Source: an uncultured Chloroflexia bacterium
Lineage (GTDB): Bacteria > Chloroflexota > Anaerolineae > CG2-30-64-16
Reading direction: 5' to 3'
Length of the DNA stretch: 64,000 bases
NCBI GenBank assembly: GCA_963837925.1
Contig: CAWIPK010000003.1
Span: forward strand, 1,358,441-1,422,440
In this document: piece by piece, positions 27,724 through 37,249 of the stretch
How positions within the stretch are numbered: position 1 is the first letter of the stretch
Layout of the letters: the number at the start of each line of letters is the position of its first letter
Notes under the pieces: generated by a model
Database searches by the model: none
Told to the model about the DNA's origin: nothing
The model's input: the letters and a program-made list of their open reading frames with translations, nothing else
Made by a program: the position numbers and the translations under genes

Positions 27724-28581
27724 TCAGAAACCGCGCAGGACGGTGCTTTCGCGCCTGGGCAGGCCTTTCTTTGGGGTACGTTTGAGGACAACGTATTGCA
27801 GGCCGTGCTCAAGGCAAAAGGCGCGCTTCTCGGGCCTGTCACCGTCCTCGTTGACGGCGTAGATGTCCGGCTTGAGACGCTCAATGTCGGGCGCGGCGTC
27901 CATCCAGCCCTGGCCGGAGGTGATCAGCGCCTGTTTGACGAAGCGGATCGCGCCGGCCATGTAGCGCCGCTCCGCCTGCGGGAACAGCGGATGGCCCTCG
28001 CCCTTCAGATAGCGGACACTGGCGTCATTGCCGACCGCCACGTACAGGTCTCCGAGCGCCGAGACCTCCTCGAAGAACCGAATGTGGCCGGAATGGAGCC
28101 AGTCAAAGCAGCCGGTGACGAAGACTTTTTTCCGATCGCCCGGACCGGACACCATGGCGGCGCCGGAGTCAGAGGGGAACCCGGCCACGTCGCTGGCGCT
28201 CACGAGGTGGTGTTCGATGCCCTGGGCACGGCAGAAGGCGTGCCGGCGCGCGCCGGCTTCAGCGTGCGCCGCAAATAAGAGCGCCGGCTCACCCTCGTCG
28301 ACGGCCCAGACTGACGGCCGCTCGCCCTCGATCGCCGGCAGACCAAAGCGATCCGGCGGGCCATTGACTGACCAGACCCGGTCCACAAAGCGAATCGCTT
28401 CCAGAAGGTAGCGGCGTTCGCTCTCCGGGAACCGCGGCGCCTGCCCCTCGAGCATGCCCACCGCAGCGTCGCTCCACAGCAGAACGTGCAGCGAATCGCC
28501 CCGGCGCCGAGCCTCCTCGAGAAAGCGCACGTGGTGGGAGCGGAGGTCGTCGAAACTCCCGCTGACGATGACGGTCCTCAC
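27724..28581 (-). CDS. Tandem cytidylyltransferase-like (CTP_transf_like, TagD/RfaE-domain-II-like) nucleotidyltransferase protein
   Basis: Two repeats each carry the (H/T)xGH nucleotidyltransferase signature: VIVSGSFDDLRSHHVRFLEEARRRG and VFVTGCFDWLHSGHIRFFEEVSALG. Both are followed by an RYxxxAIRFV-like segment. Confidence 0.7.
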   Translation of the reverse strand: MRTVIVSGSFDDLRSHHVRFLEEARRRGDSLHVLLWSDAAVGMLEGQAPRFPESERRYLLEAIRFVDRVWSVNGPPDRFGLPAIEGERPSVWAVDEGEPALLFAAHAEAGARRHAFCRAQGIEHHLVSASDVAGFPSDSGAAMVSGPGDRKKVFVTGCFDWLHSGHIRFFEEVSALGDLYVAVGNDASVRYLKGEGHPLFPQAERRYMAGAIRFVKQALITSGQGWMDAAPDIERLKPDIYAVNEDGDRPEKRAFCLEHGLQYVVLKRTPKKGLPRRESTVLRGF

Positions 28582-28582
28582 C

Positions 28583-29413
28583 TCACTCCTGCTCCTCGCC
28601 CAACCTGACGCTCACCCGCAGTGCGCCGGGCACGGGCTCCTCCGAGACCACGTACAGGTAACCGCCCCCACACCCAGAGTACATCGCGCCAGGATAGCGC
28701 GCCTGGTAGTAACCGAGCAGGCCGGCCAGGTCGACCGTGATGGACGGATGGCGGACGGTCTGCGGGAGCACGGCCGCCCAGCACTGCATGCACTCGTTGA
28801 ACGAGGCGCCCAGGGCTCGTGCGTCCCGCGCGAGGATGGCGGCGTAACAATCGGCCCCCGATCGACCCAGGCGGCGGATCCACTCAGAGTCAAGATTCTT
28901 GATTCCCAGGGGGTTGTAGCCGGACGGGCGCTGGTTGACGGGCAGCAGGTAGATGACTTCTTCAAGCCAGCGTGCTACGAGGGGATCGCAATTGGTCTCG
29001 ATGTGGACGGGAAAGAGCCCGCCCTCGTATGAATAGTCGTAATCCAGGCGGCTGATGCCCGGGTAGATCAGCCCGATCATGTCTTGCGATCCGGATGGTT
29101 CATGTGCGCCCTGGTTCTCGGCCAAATACAAGTCCCGGACAAGCCGCTGCGGGTCGCCGCGCGGGAGCTCCCCCTGCCACAGGGCGGCCGCCACGCGGCG
29201 GGTGCTGGTGCCGAGCCCACAGCGGTCCATGAAACGGCTGGTGGGCTGCAGGGCAACGGTGACCATCGAGCCGGTCGGACTTGGATTCAACCTGGAAAGG
29301 AACGGCTGGTCGATCCAGCCGCCGGCGAGGGCCATGCGGTAGGGCAATTTGCCGATCACATCGCTCAGCCGCGGTGGAGCGGCAGGTCCGGTCGCGGCGT
29401 TCAATGCGGTCAT
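28583..29413 (-). CDS. GHMP-family sugar kinase (HddA/fucokinase-like), 276 aa
   Basis: Motif I MALAGGWIDQPF, motif II CGLGTSTRRVAAAL (PxGxGLGSS-like) and motif III GAMYSGCGGGYLYVV. The gene overlaps or abuts both neighbours. Confidence 0.6.
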   Translation of the reverse strand: MTALNAATGPAAPPRLSDVIGKLPYRMALAGGWIDQPFLSRLNPSPTGSMVTVALQPTSRFMDRCGLGTSTRRVAAALWQGELPRGDPQRLVRDLYLAENQGAHEPSGSQDMIGLIYPGISRLDYDYSYEGGLFPVHIETNCDPLVARWLEEVIYLLPVNQRPSGYNPLGIKNLDSEWIRRLGRSGADCYAAILARDARALGASFNECMQCWAAVLPQTVRHPSITVDLAGLLGYYQARYPGAMYSGCGGGYLYVVSEEPVPGALRVSVRLGEEQE

Positions 29414-29416
29414 GTG

Positions 29417-30454
29417 TTAACTCACTGTGTGCTGGCCCGCCTTGCGGGCATAATACTGCTTCTCGATCCAGGCATAGGTCTTCGCCAGGCCCTCGTGGAA
29501 CGGGGTCGCCGGCTCCCAGCCCAACACCTGTTTGATGAAGGTGTTGTCGCTGTTCCGCCCGGCCACACCGCGCGGGGCACCCAAATCATACCTACGTTCG
29601 AGCTTGACTCCGCCAATTTCTTCGGCCAGGCTCACAAGCCCATCAACCGAGATCAGCTCGCTCGAGCCCAGGTTGATCGGTGTGGCTATCAACTCGTCGC
29701 AGTGCATAATCATGTCGATGCCGTACGTGCAGTCGTCGATATACATGAAGCTGCGCGTCTGCGTGCCGTCACCCCAGATGACGATCTCGTGCTGCCCCAG
29801 GTCCTTGGCGGCTATCACCTTGCGGCTGATGGCAGCCGGCGCCTTCTCACGACCACCGTCCCAGGTGCCAAACGGGCCGTACACGTTGTGGAAGCGGGCC
29901 AGGTGCGTCTCGAGATGCCGTTCCTCCCAATATTCCTGGCAGAAGATCTCGGACATCAGCTTTTCCCAGCCGTAGCCCCGCTCCGCCATCGCCGGGTAGG
30001 CGTCGGATTCCTTGAGGGCGCGCACGTTGGGGTCCTGCTGGAGTGTAATGTTGTAGGCGCAAGCGGAGGACGAGAAGAAGTAACGCTGGACACCGGCCTG
30101 GTAGGAAGCCTCGATTAGGTGAGTGTTGATCAGGATGCTGCGCAGGCATTCCACCCGATTGCGCTCGATAAAGCCCATACCGCCCATATCGGCGGCCAGG
30201 TTGTAGACCTCGACCGCGCCTGCCGCGGCGCGCACGCAGTTGGGGTACTCACTGAGGTCCAGGCAGAGGCTCTCGACACCCGGCAACCGTTGATACCACT
30301 GCGGCAGCGGTTTCTTGTCAACGGCACGAATGCGACTGAAGCCCTGGTCATGGAAGCGCTTCACCAGGTTGCCGCCGATGAAGCCACCGGCCCCGCCGAC
30401 GACGATCAGGTCGTCCTTGCCCAAAACGGTCTCTGCTGTCTGATTACGGCTCAT
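29417..30454 (-). CDS. GDP-mannose 3,5-epimerase (GME)-like NAD-dependent epimerase (SDR superfamily)
   Basis: GGAGGFIGGNL Rossmann motif, YNLAADMGGMGFI, catalytic YGWEKL (GME has YGLEKL), RFHNVYGPFGTWDGGREKAPAAISRK (GME RFHNIYGPFGTWKGGREKAPAAFCRK), WGDGTQTRSF and GVAGRNSDN (GME GVRGRNSDN). Collinear similarity to plant and bacterial GME is recalled from memory. Confidence 0.8.
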   Translation of the reverse strand: MSRNQTAETVLGKDDLIVVGGAGGFIGGNLVKRFHDQGFSRIRAVDKKPLPQWYQRLPGVESLCLDLSEYPNCVRAAAGAVEVYNLAADMGGMGFIERNRVECLRSILINTHLIEASYQAGVQRYFFSSSACAYNITLQQDPNVRALKESDAYPAMAERGYGWEKLMSEIFCQEYWEERHLETHLARFHNVYGPFGTWDGGREKAPAAISRKVIAAKDLGQHEIVIWGDGTQTRSFMYIDDCTYGIDMIMHCDELIATPINLGSSELISVDGLVSLAEEIGGVKLERRYDLGAPRGVAGRNSDNTFIKQVLGWEPATPFHEGLAKTYAWIEKQYYARKAGQHTVS

Positions 30455-30505
30455 GTGCTTGTCTCCTCCAAACGGGCCGGGATCGCCCGATCGCGGCCGC
30501 TCTTC

Positions 30506-31525
30506 TCATGTAGTTGCCCGGCTGACCGCGGCGCCGCTTGAGCGGCGGATGATCAACTCGACGGGCAGCACGATCTCTTGGTGCCCCGGCGGGGCGCTGC
30601 CTTCCAGGCGGCTGAGCAGCAGCTCGGTGGCCCGCTGTCCCATGGTGTAGGCGGGCTGGGCAGCGACGGTCAGGAAGGGATCCATGACGATCGCGGCCGG
30701 CAGGTCGTCAAAGGCCACCAAGGCAACATCTTCGGGGACCCGCAAGCCGGCCTGCCGCAGGAAGCGATAGGCTCCGATGGCGATGAAGTTGTTGGCGGCG
30801 AACAGGGCTGTAGGTCGGGGTTTCAGCGCCAGGGCCTGCTCAGCCATGACCTGGCCGCCCGCCTGAGTGTACTCGCCGAAGAAGACCAGGCGCGGGTCCT
30901 CGGCCAGGCCGGCCCCGGCCAACGCACGCCGGTACCCGGCCACGCGGTCGGCCGCGGTCGAGACATCCTCGGGACCGGCCAGGACGGCGGTGCGGCGGTG
31001 GCCCAGGTTGAGGAGCAGGCAGGTCAGATCGTAGGCGCCTTGCTCCGAGTCGCAGCGCACCACGTCTACGCCGCCCCCCGGCATACGACGATCGAGCACC
31101 ACCACGGGCACGGCCTGACGATGCAGAAACTCAATCGGCTCGGCGCTGCTGCGCGCCGGCACGAGCAGCACGCCGTCAGTTTGCTTCTGCGCGAGGATGT
31201 TGAGCTGCTCAGCCTCCTCCGCCGCAGACTCGTCGGTGTTGCAGAAGATGACGTTGAAGCCGTTCTCGCTGGCAACGTCTTCTACGCCGCGGGCGACCGT
31301 GGTGAAGAACGGGTTCGTGATGTCGGTTAGGATCAGGGCCAGCGTCTTCGTCTGCTTGAAGCGCAGGCTGCGGGCCAGGCTGTTGGGAACGTAGCCGAGC
31401 TCGGCAATGGCCTGCTCGACCCGCTCACGCGTTTCGGTGCTGATGTAGCCCGATCGATTCAGCACGCGTGAGACGGTCATCGTGGAAACGCGCGCTCGCT
31501 CGGCTACGTCACGGATAGTGCTCAT
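30506..31525 (-). CDS. LacI-family transcriptional regulator
   Basis: N-terminal HTH MSTIRDVAERARVSTMTVSRVLN plus a periplasmic-binding-fold sugar-binding domain. It lies 52 bp upstream of the epimerase gene on the same strand. Confidence 0.85.
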   Translation of the reverse strand: MSTIRDVAERARVSTMTVSRVLNRSGYISTETRERVEQAIAELGYVPNSLARSLRFKQTKTLALILTDITNPFFTTVARGVEDVASENGFNVIFCNTDESAAEEAEQLNILAQKQTDGVLLVPARSSAEPIEFLHRQAVPVVVLDRRMPGGGVDVVRCDSEQGAYDLTCLLLNLGHRRTAVLAGPEDVSTAADRVAGYRRALAGAGLAEDPRLVFFGEYTQAGGQVMAEQALALKPRPTALFAANNFIAIGAYRFLRQAGLRVPEDVALVAFDDLPAAIVMDPFLTVAAQPAYTMGQRATELLLSRLEGSAPPGHQEIVLPVELIIRRSSGAAVSRATT

Positions 31526-31688
31526 CCTACCAATACCTGTCGCTAGCCGGCGCATGGCCGTACGCCGGTATGAATGATCGCCAACGGGCTTGAACGGCCC
31601 GGCCAGCAAATCCAGCCGCGCGAGCGCACCGCGATGTACACGCACGCACGGTGTCTCGATTCAGCCCCCCCATAGAGCGCTGGCGGCG

Positions 31689-33176
31689 CTACGAAACCAG
31701 CTTCAGCACGTAGGCATGCTCACAGGGCCTCCGGTCGGGCAGGCGCACGACCAGGCCTTCCGCCGAACGACGCCAATCCAGCGGCCCATCATACCCCAGC
31801 AGCCTCACGGTCTGCAACTGCTCGGGGGCCTGCCCGCTGGCCAACGAACGGACGGTGAGCGTGCTGCCGGCGCCGGGCCAGGCCAAACAAATGGCGTAAA
31901 GGGTATTGTCGCGGCGGGTGAAGCGGAAATCCTGTGCAGTGAATGGCGCGCGCGCCGTATCCTTGAACTGTCCTTCCGGGACCTCGGTCGGCCCTTCGCC
32001 GAAACGCAGCCACGGCCGGGTGCCGTAGATCGCCTCGCCGTTCACGGCCAGCCAGCGTCCAATCTCCCGCAATACCGCCTGCTCGGGCTCGGGGATAGTG
32101 CCGTCCGGACGCGGGCCGATGTTGAGCAGCAAGGCGCCGTTCTTGCTGACGACGTCGACGAGATCCTGAACCAGCCACTCGGCGCTCTTGTAATCCTGGT
32201 CCGTGACGTAGCCCCAGGAATTCTTGGAAATCGAGGTATCGTTCTGCCAGAAGAGCGGTCGGATATCGTTCAATTGGCCGCGTTCCAGGTCGAGCACGGC
32301 GGCACCGGTGGGGAAGGCGCTGAACTTGTAGTTCACGGCGACGCCCTGGCCCCACTCCGCCCCACGATTGTAGTAGTAGGCGGCGAACTTTTGCAGATGC
32401 CCCGCAGCCGTAAACGCCCGGTGGCCGATCCACCAGTCGAACCAGATCAACTGCGGCCGGTACTTGTCGACCAGCTCACACGTGCGCGCTAACCAGTCGT
32501 TCAGATGCTCCGCGCTCGGATCGGGAAGGCAGTCCAGATCGTGCTCGCGACCGTCCTCGATGACGACGGCCGGACCGTAGAAGTCCTGCGTCTGCGGGTC
32601 CTGCACGTCTGAAGGGAACTTGCGCCCACCGTTCATGAACCACCAATGCTCCGCCCGATGGCTGGAAAGGCCGAAGACGAGGCCCGCCTCGCGCGCGGCC
32701 GCCGCCAGCTCGCCGACGACATCGCGCCTCGGCCCCATCTGGGCCGCCGTCCAGCGCGAGAAGCTGCAGTCATACATCGCAAAGCCGTCGTGGTGTTCGG
32801 CCACCGGCACCACGAATTTGGCGCCGGCCTGGCGGAACAAGTCCACCCACGCGGCCGGGTCGAAGTGCTGGGCGCGGAACTGCGGGATAAAGTCCTTGTA
32901 GCCGAATGCCGTGAGCGGGCCGTAAGTCGCTACCTGGTGCTCGTACTCGGGCGTGCCTTGCAGGTACATGTTGCGCGGATACCATTCACTGCCAAAGGCC
33001 GGCACGCTGTAGACTCCCCAGTGGATGAAAATTCCGAACTTGGCGTCCTGATACCAGTCGGGCACCTGGTAGGCACAGAGCGAGTCCCAATTTGCCGCAT
33101 ACGGGCCGGCGACGACGCCTTCCTCGACGCGGCGGAGAGCGGCGTTGACCTGCGCGACAGTGGCTTGCGAATCCAT
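31689..33176 (-). CDS. GH29 alpha-L-fucosidase (family members can also act on alpha-L-galactosides)
   Basis: AKFGIFIHWGVYSVPAFGSEWY, FVVPVAEHHDGFAMYD and WFDWWI are the GH29 catalytic-domain hallmarks. ATG at M14 of ORF 31689..33215 with a GAGGAG RBS. Confidence 0.9.
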   Translation of the reverse strand: MDSQATVAQVNAALRRVEEGVVAGPYAANWDSLCAYQVPDWYQDAKFGIFIHWGVYSVPAFGSEWYPRNMYLQGTPEYEHQVATYGPLTAFGYKDFIPQFRAQHFDPAAWVDLFRQAGAKFVVPVAEHHDGFAMYDCSFSRWTAAQMGPRRDVVGELAAAAREAGLVFGLSSHRAEHWWFMNGGRKFPSDVQDPQTQDFYGPAVVIEDGREHDLDCLPDPSAEHLNDWLARTCELVDKYRPQLIWFDWWIGHRAFTAAGHLQKFAAYYYNRGAEWGQGVAVNYKFSAFPTGAAVLDLERGQLNDIRPLFWQNDTSISKNSWGYVTDQDYKSAEWLVQDLVDVVSKNGALLLNIGPRPDGTIPEPEQAVLREIGRWLAVNGEAIYGTRPWLRFGEGPTEVPEGQFKDTARAPFTAQDFRFTRRDNTLYAICLAWPGAGSTLTVRSLASGQAPEQLQTVRLLGYDGPLDWRRSAEGLVVRLPDRRPCEHAYVLKLVS

Positions 33177-33256
33177 CTGCGATGCTCCTCTCAGATTCGG
33201 GGGCGGGACCAACAATCAAAGCCGCGCCCACAGTCAGCAGGCGCCGGCCTCGAGAT

Positions 33257-33272
33257 ATGTTACGCATAACAT
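33257..33272. promoter_or_regulatory. Near-palindromic 16-mer ATGTTACGCATAACAT, a candidate LacI-family operator in the divergent fucosidase/ABC intergenic region
   Basis: TGTTACG/CATAACA half-sites resemble the TGnnAnCGnTnnCA pattern of LacI-family operators. A TATAAT (~33373) and TTGACA (~33407) lie downstream towards the ABC operon. Confidence 0.3.
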
Positions 33273-33472
33273 AGCACGCGGGCGGGGCTTTGTCAAACCG
33301 AGAAGGGTGCGCGCCTGCGCTGAAAGCTCTCACAGGAGAACTCTGCCCCTGTTCAATCTGGGCTGTTGTGCATATAATACTTCTGCAAGTTTCTCACAAC
33401 AAAACTTTGACAAGTACCCTGAATTCAGAGCAGCGAGCGTCGAGGGCTGCCTGACGGCCGCCGCGGGCCCGG

Positions 33473-34981
33473 ATGCGGGGGAGTATGAGCCAGAGCGACC
33501 ACAACTTGAAGCTGACTAACATCAGCAAGAGCTTTGCCGGGGTGCACGCGCTGCGGGGCGTCCATCTCGAGCTATGTCCAGGCGAGGTGCACGCGCTGCT
33601 GGGTGAGAACGGTGCGGGCAAGTCGACGCTGGTCAAGGTGATGACCGGGGTACACCGGCCGGACAGCGGTGAAATCTACCTGGACGGCGAACGCATCGAG
33701 CTGACGGAGCCACGCCAAGCGACGGAGCGCGGCATCTCGGCGATCTACCAGGAGCTGAGCATCTTCCCCGACCTGGATATTGCCGAGAACATCTTTATCG
33801 GACGGCAACCCACGCTGGCGGGCGGCCTGGTCGAGTGGGGCAAGCTATATCGCGATGCGGAGCGCTTGCTGGGAGCACTGGGCGTGCGCATGAACGTGAG
33901 GACCAAGGCGCGCAGTCTGAGCGTCGCCCAGCAGCAGATGGTCGAGATCGCTCGCGCGCTTTCGGTGAACGCGCGCGTCCTGATCATGGACGAGCCGACC
34001 TCCGCGCTGACCCTGAACGAGGTGGCGGATCTGTTCCAGATCGTGCGCCGCCTGCGCGCGCAGGGGACGGCGGTCCTTTTCATCTCGCACCGGCTGGAGG
34101 AGTTGTTCGAGATCGCGGACCGCGTCACCGTCCTGCGCGATGGGGCGTACGTCGACACGCGCGCGATGGACGGTGTGACCAAGGACGAGCTGATCCGCAT
34201 GATGGTCGGCCGGCCCGTCGACGAGCTTTTCCCGAAGACCGCTGCTGCACCGGGGGAGGTCGTGCTGCGGGTCAACGATCTGGCGCGCAAGGGCGCCTTC
34301 CGCGGTGTCTCCTTTGAGCTTCACAAGGGTGAGATCCTGGGCATGGCCGGCCTGGTGGGCGCCGGGAGGACCGAGGTCAGCCAGGCGCTGTTCGGGGTCG
34401 CGCCGGCCGATGCCGGGACGATCGAGATTGCGGGGCAGGCCGTGCGCATCGCGAACCCGCGCCAGGCCATGCGGCTGGGCCTGGCGCTCGTGCCCGAGGA
34501 CCGGCAGCATCACGGCCTGGTGCTGCCGATGGATATCACGGACAACGTGGTCATGCCGGTGCTCTCGCGCTTCACCAGGCATGGCTGGGTAACGGCAAGC
34601 GGAGCGCGCCGGGCAGCCTACGAAGCCGCGGCGCAGTTGGAGGTCAAGGCGACGAGCGTGTGGCAGAGAGTGCGCGAGCTGTCTGGCGGGAACCAGCAGA
34701 AAGTGGTTCTGTCCAAGTGGTTGACCACCCGGCCGCGCATCTTGATCCTGGACGAGCCGACACGCGGGATCGACATCGGAACGAAGGCTGCGGTCCATAA
34801 GCTGATGAGCGATCTGGCAGGCCAAGGGATCGCGATCCTGATGATCTCCTCGGAGCTACCGGAGGTCCTGGGGATGAGCGATCGCATCCTGGTGATGCAC
34901 GAGGGCCGGGTGACTGGCCTCTTCAGCCGCAGCGAAGCAACGCAGGAAGCGATCATGAGGGCCGCCACGCAAACCGCCTGA
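33473..34981 (+). CDS. Sugar ABC transporter ATP-binding protein (CUT2 family, duplicated ABC domains; RbsA/MglA/RhaT-like)
   Basis: Two Walker A sites (GENGAGKST, GLVGAGRT), two LSGG signatures and two Walker B motifs in 502 aa. Confidence 0.9.
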   Translation: MRGSMSQSDHNLKLTNISKSFAGVHALRGVHLELCPGEVHALLGENGAGKSTLVKVMTGVHRPDSGEIYLDGERIELTEPRQATERGISAIYQELSIFPDLDIAENIFIGRQPTLAGGLVEWGKLYRDAERLLGALGVRMNVRTKARSLSVAQQQMVEIARALSVNARVLIMDEPTSALTLNEVADLFQIVRRLRAQGTAVLFISHRLEELFEIADRVTVLRDGAYVDTRAMDGVTKDELIRMMVGRPVDELFPKTAAAPGEVVLRVNDLARKGAFRGVSFELHKGEILGMAGLVGAGRTEVSQALFGVAPADAGTIEIAGQAVRIANPRQAMRLGLALVPEDRQHHGLVLPMDITDNVVMPVLSRFTRHGWVTASGARRAAYEAAAQLEVKATSVWQRVRELSGGNQQKVVLSKWLTTRPRILILDEPTRGIDIGTKAAVHKLMSDLAGQGIAILMISSELPEVLGMSDRILVMHEGRVTGLFSRSEATQEAIMRAATQTA

Positions 34982-35006
34982 GGGGGCGTCCGAGCGGGAG
35001 AGAAAT

Positions 35007-36020
35007 GTGACCACCAGCGAAGTGACATCACCCAGGCGCAGCCTGGCAACGACCATCGCCCAGTTCAGGGAGCTGGCGCTCCTGGGTTTCGTTGGTCTGC
35101 TGATCGTCGTGATCGGGCTCCAGAGCCCCAGCTTCCTTACCCTGACCAACTTCAGGGATATTCTGCTGGACATCTCGATCCTGGCGATGATCGCCCTGGC
35201 CCAGGGCGTGACCATCATCACCCGCGGTATCGATTTGTCGGTCGCCTCGATACTGGCCCTGACGGCCATGATGGTCTCGTTCCTGATCCGAGCTTATCCC
35301 GAAACCCCGGTGATCCTCACCGTGCTGCTGGGCATCGGCATCGGCGGGGTGTTAGGCAGCCTCAATGGGATCATCATCGGCTTGGCCAACGTTCCGCCGA
35401 TCATCGCGACCCTGGGCACTTTGAGCGTTTATCGTGGCCTGGTTTTCTTGTACAGCAACGGCGCCTGGATCAACGCGTTTGAGATGCCTGAGAGTTTCAA
35501 GCAACTGGCCAAAGGGACACCCTTGATCCTCCCCAACCTGGTGATCGTCGCCATCGTCGTGGCGGTCATTTTCTACGTCTTCCTCAGGTACACGCGGCCG
35601 GGGCGCGACATTTATGCCCTGGGAACCAACCCCGAGGCAGCCGTCGTGGCGGGCATCCGCACGCGGCAGGTAACGTTCATGGTGTACGCCATCTCCGGCC
35701 TGGTTTGTGGGCTGTCGGGCGTGCTGTGGGCCTCGCGCTTTGAGGCTGCACAGACCAATACGGCGCTGGGGTTCGAGCTGCAGACCGTGGCAGCGGCGGT
35801 GATCGGCGGCGTGAGCATGCTGGGAGGGGTTGGCAGCGTGCCGGGCATGGTGCTGGGAGCGCTGATCTTGGGCATCATCCAGAATGGCCTGATCCTCTCC
35901 CGGATCTCTCCATTCTGGCAGTTGGCCGTGCAGGGATTCTTGATCTTGCTGGCGGTCGTCTCGGACGCATCAATACAACAGCGGATCAAGTCGACCGTAA
36001 GGCAGGGAATGGGCAAATGA
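35007..36020 (+). CDS. Sugar ABC transporter permease (CUT2, RbsC-like)
   Basis: Ten-TM permease with the typical CUT2 pattern IGGVSMLGG.G; overlaps the next gene by 4 nt. Confidence 0.85.
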   Translation: MTTSEVTSPRRSLATTIAQFRELALLGFVGLLIVVIGLQSPSFLTLTNFRDILLDISILAMIALAQGVTIITRGIDLSVASILALTAMMVSFLIRAYPETPVILTVLLGIGIGGVLGSLNGIIIGLANVPPIIATLGTLSVYRGLVFLYSNGAWINAFEMPESFKQLAKGTPLILPNLVIVAIVVAVIFYVFLRYTRPGRDIYALGTNPEAAVVAGIRTRQVTFMVYAISGLVCGLSGVLWASRFEAAQTNTALGFELQTVAAAVIGGVSMLGGVGSVPGMVLGALILGIIQNGLILSRISPFWQLAVQGFLILLAVVSDASIQQRIKSTVRQGMGK

Positions 36021-37132
36021 CAACCACGGAAGGAAAGGTTTCAGCCTCGCTCAGCCTCGCGCCGCCACACAGGTCGTTCCCGTCACGCTTTTTGCACTGG
36101 GAATGGTTCCTGGTGGCCCTGATTCTGGTGGTGGTCGTCGTCAACAGCCGCCTTTCGCCCTACTTTTTGGATGTCCGCAACCTGTTTCGAGCATCGGGAG
36201 ACTTCATGGAGATGGGCCTGATGATGCTGCCGATGGTCTGGATCATCGTCACGGGTAATGTCGACCTGGCGGTGGCCTCCACGCTCGGCATGACCGCCTC
36301 TTTCATGGGCCTGTTGTTCAATACTGGCGTCAACATCTGGCTCGCGGCGGCGGCTGCGCTGGTGTTGGGCGTCGTGGCGGGCCTGTTGAACGGCTACCTG
36401 ATCTCGCGCCTGCGCGTGCCGGCATTAGTGATCACGCTCGGCACCTACGCTTTCTACCGCGGCATGGCGTACGTCATGTTGGGCGACCAGGCCGCGCGCG
36501 GTTATCCGGCTTCTTTCACCTACATCGGGCAAGGGACCATCCCGGGGACACCGGTGCCATTTTCGCTGGCGCTCTTCCTGGTAATGGCAGTCATCTTCGG
36601 CCTGGTGCTGCACAAGACGGCCTTCGGCCGCTATCTGTACGCGATCGGCAACAATCAGGAGGCCGCGATCTACTCGGGCATCTCGGTGGCGCGCGTGAAG
36701 GTCATCATCTTCCTGGTCTCGGGGGCAATGTCGGCGCTGGCCGGGCTGGTCCTGGCGGCGCGCTACGGCAGCACGCGTCCCGATATCGGCACCGGCCTCG
36801 AGCTGGCGGTCATCACGGCGGCCGTGCTCGGCGGTGTGGATATCAACGGCGGCAAGGGCAGCATGATCGGGGCAGTGCTCGCGCTGCTGTTGGTGGGCTT
36901 GCTGCGCTTTGGTATGGGTTTGCTGAACGTGCAGGGTCAGGTACAAAGCATAGCCATTGGGGCCTTGCTGATCCTGTCGATCCTGTTGCCCAACCTACCG
37001 CAAATCGTCAGCGGCCAGCGATCACGGCTGAATGGCCGCGCGCTGGCCCTGACCGGCGTCGCGGTCGTCATCGCGATCGCCTTCGGGTGGTTGTTCTTCT
37101 GGTCGCGTGCCGTCGTCTTCTCAATATCCTAG
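36017..37132 (+). CDS. Sugar ABC transporter permease (CUT2, second subunit)
   Basis: Paralogous to the previous permease, with GGVDINGGKGS. Confidence 0.85.
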   Translation: MTTTEGKVSASLSLAPPHRSFPSRFLHWEWFLVALILVVVVVNSRLSPYFLDVRNLFRASGDFMEMGLMMLPMVWIIVTGNVDLAVASTLGMTASFMGLLFNTGVNIWLAAAAALVLGVVAGLLNGYLISRLRVPALVITLGTYAFYRGMAYVMLGDQAARGYPASFTYIGQGTIPGTPVPFSLALFLVMAVIFGLVLHKTAFGRYLYAIGNNQEAAIYSGISVARVKVIIFLVSGAMSALAGLVLAARYGSTRPDIGTGLELAVITAAVLGGVDINGGKGSMIGAVLALLLVGLLRFGMGLLNVQGQVQSIAIGALLILSILLPNLPQIVSGQRSRLNGRALALTGVAVVIAIAFGWLFFWSRAVVFSIS

Positions 37133-37249
37133 GCGACCGGCGCAGCGCATCCCGTCAGCTTAGGGAGGTGAGTCGATCCGAAAGCTCAGATTGTAGGAAC
37201 ATCGTGGTTAATTGTCTTGGACCATCTGCATGCCTAAGGGAGAAAAAAC

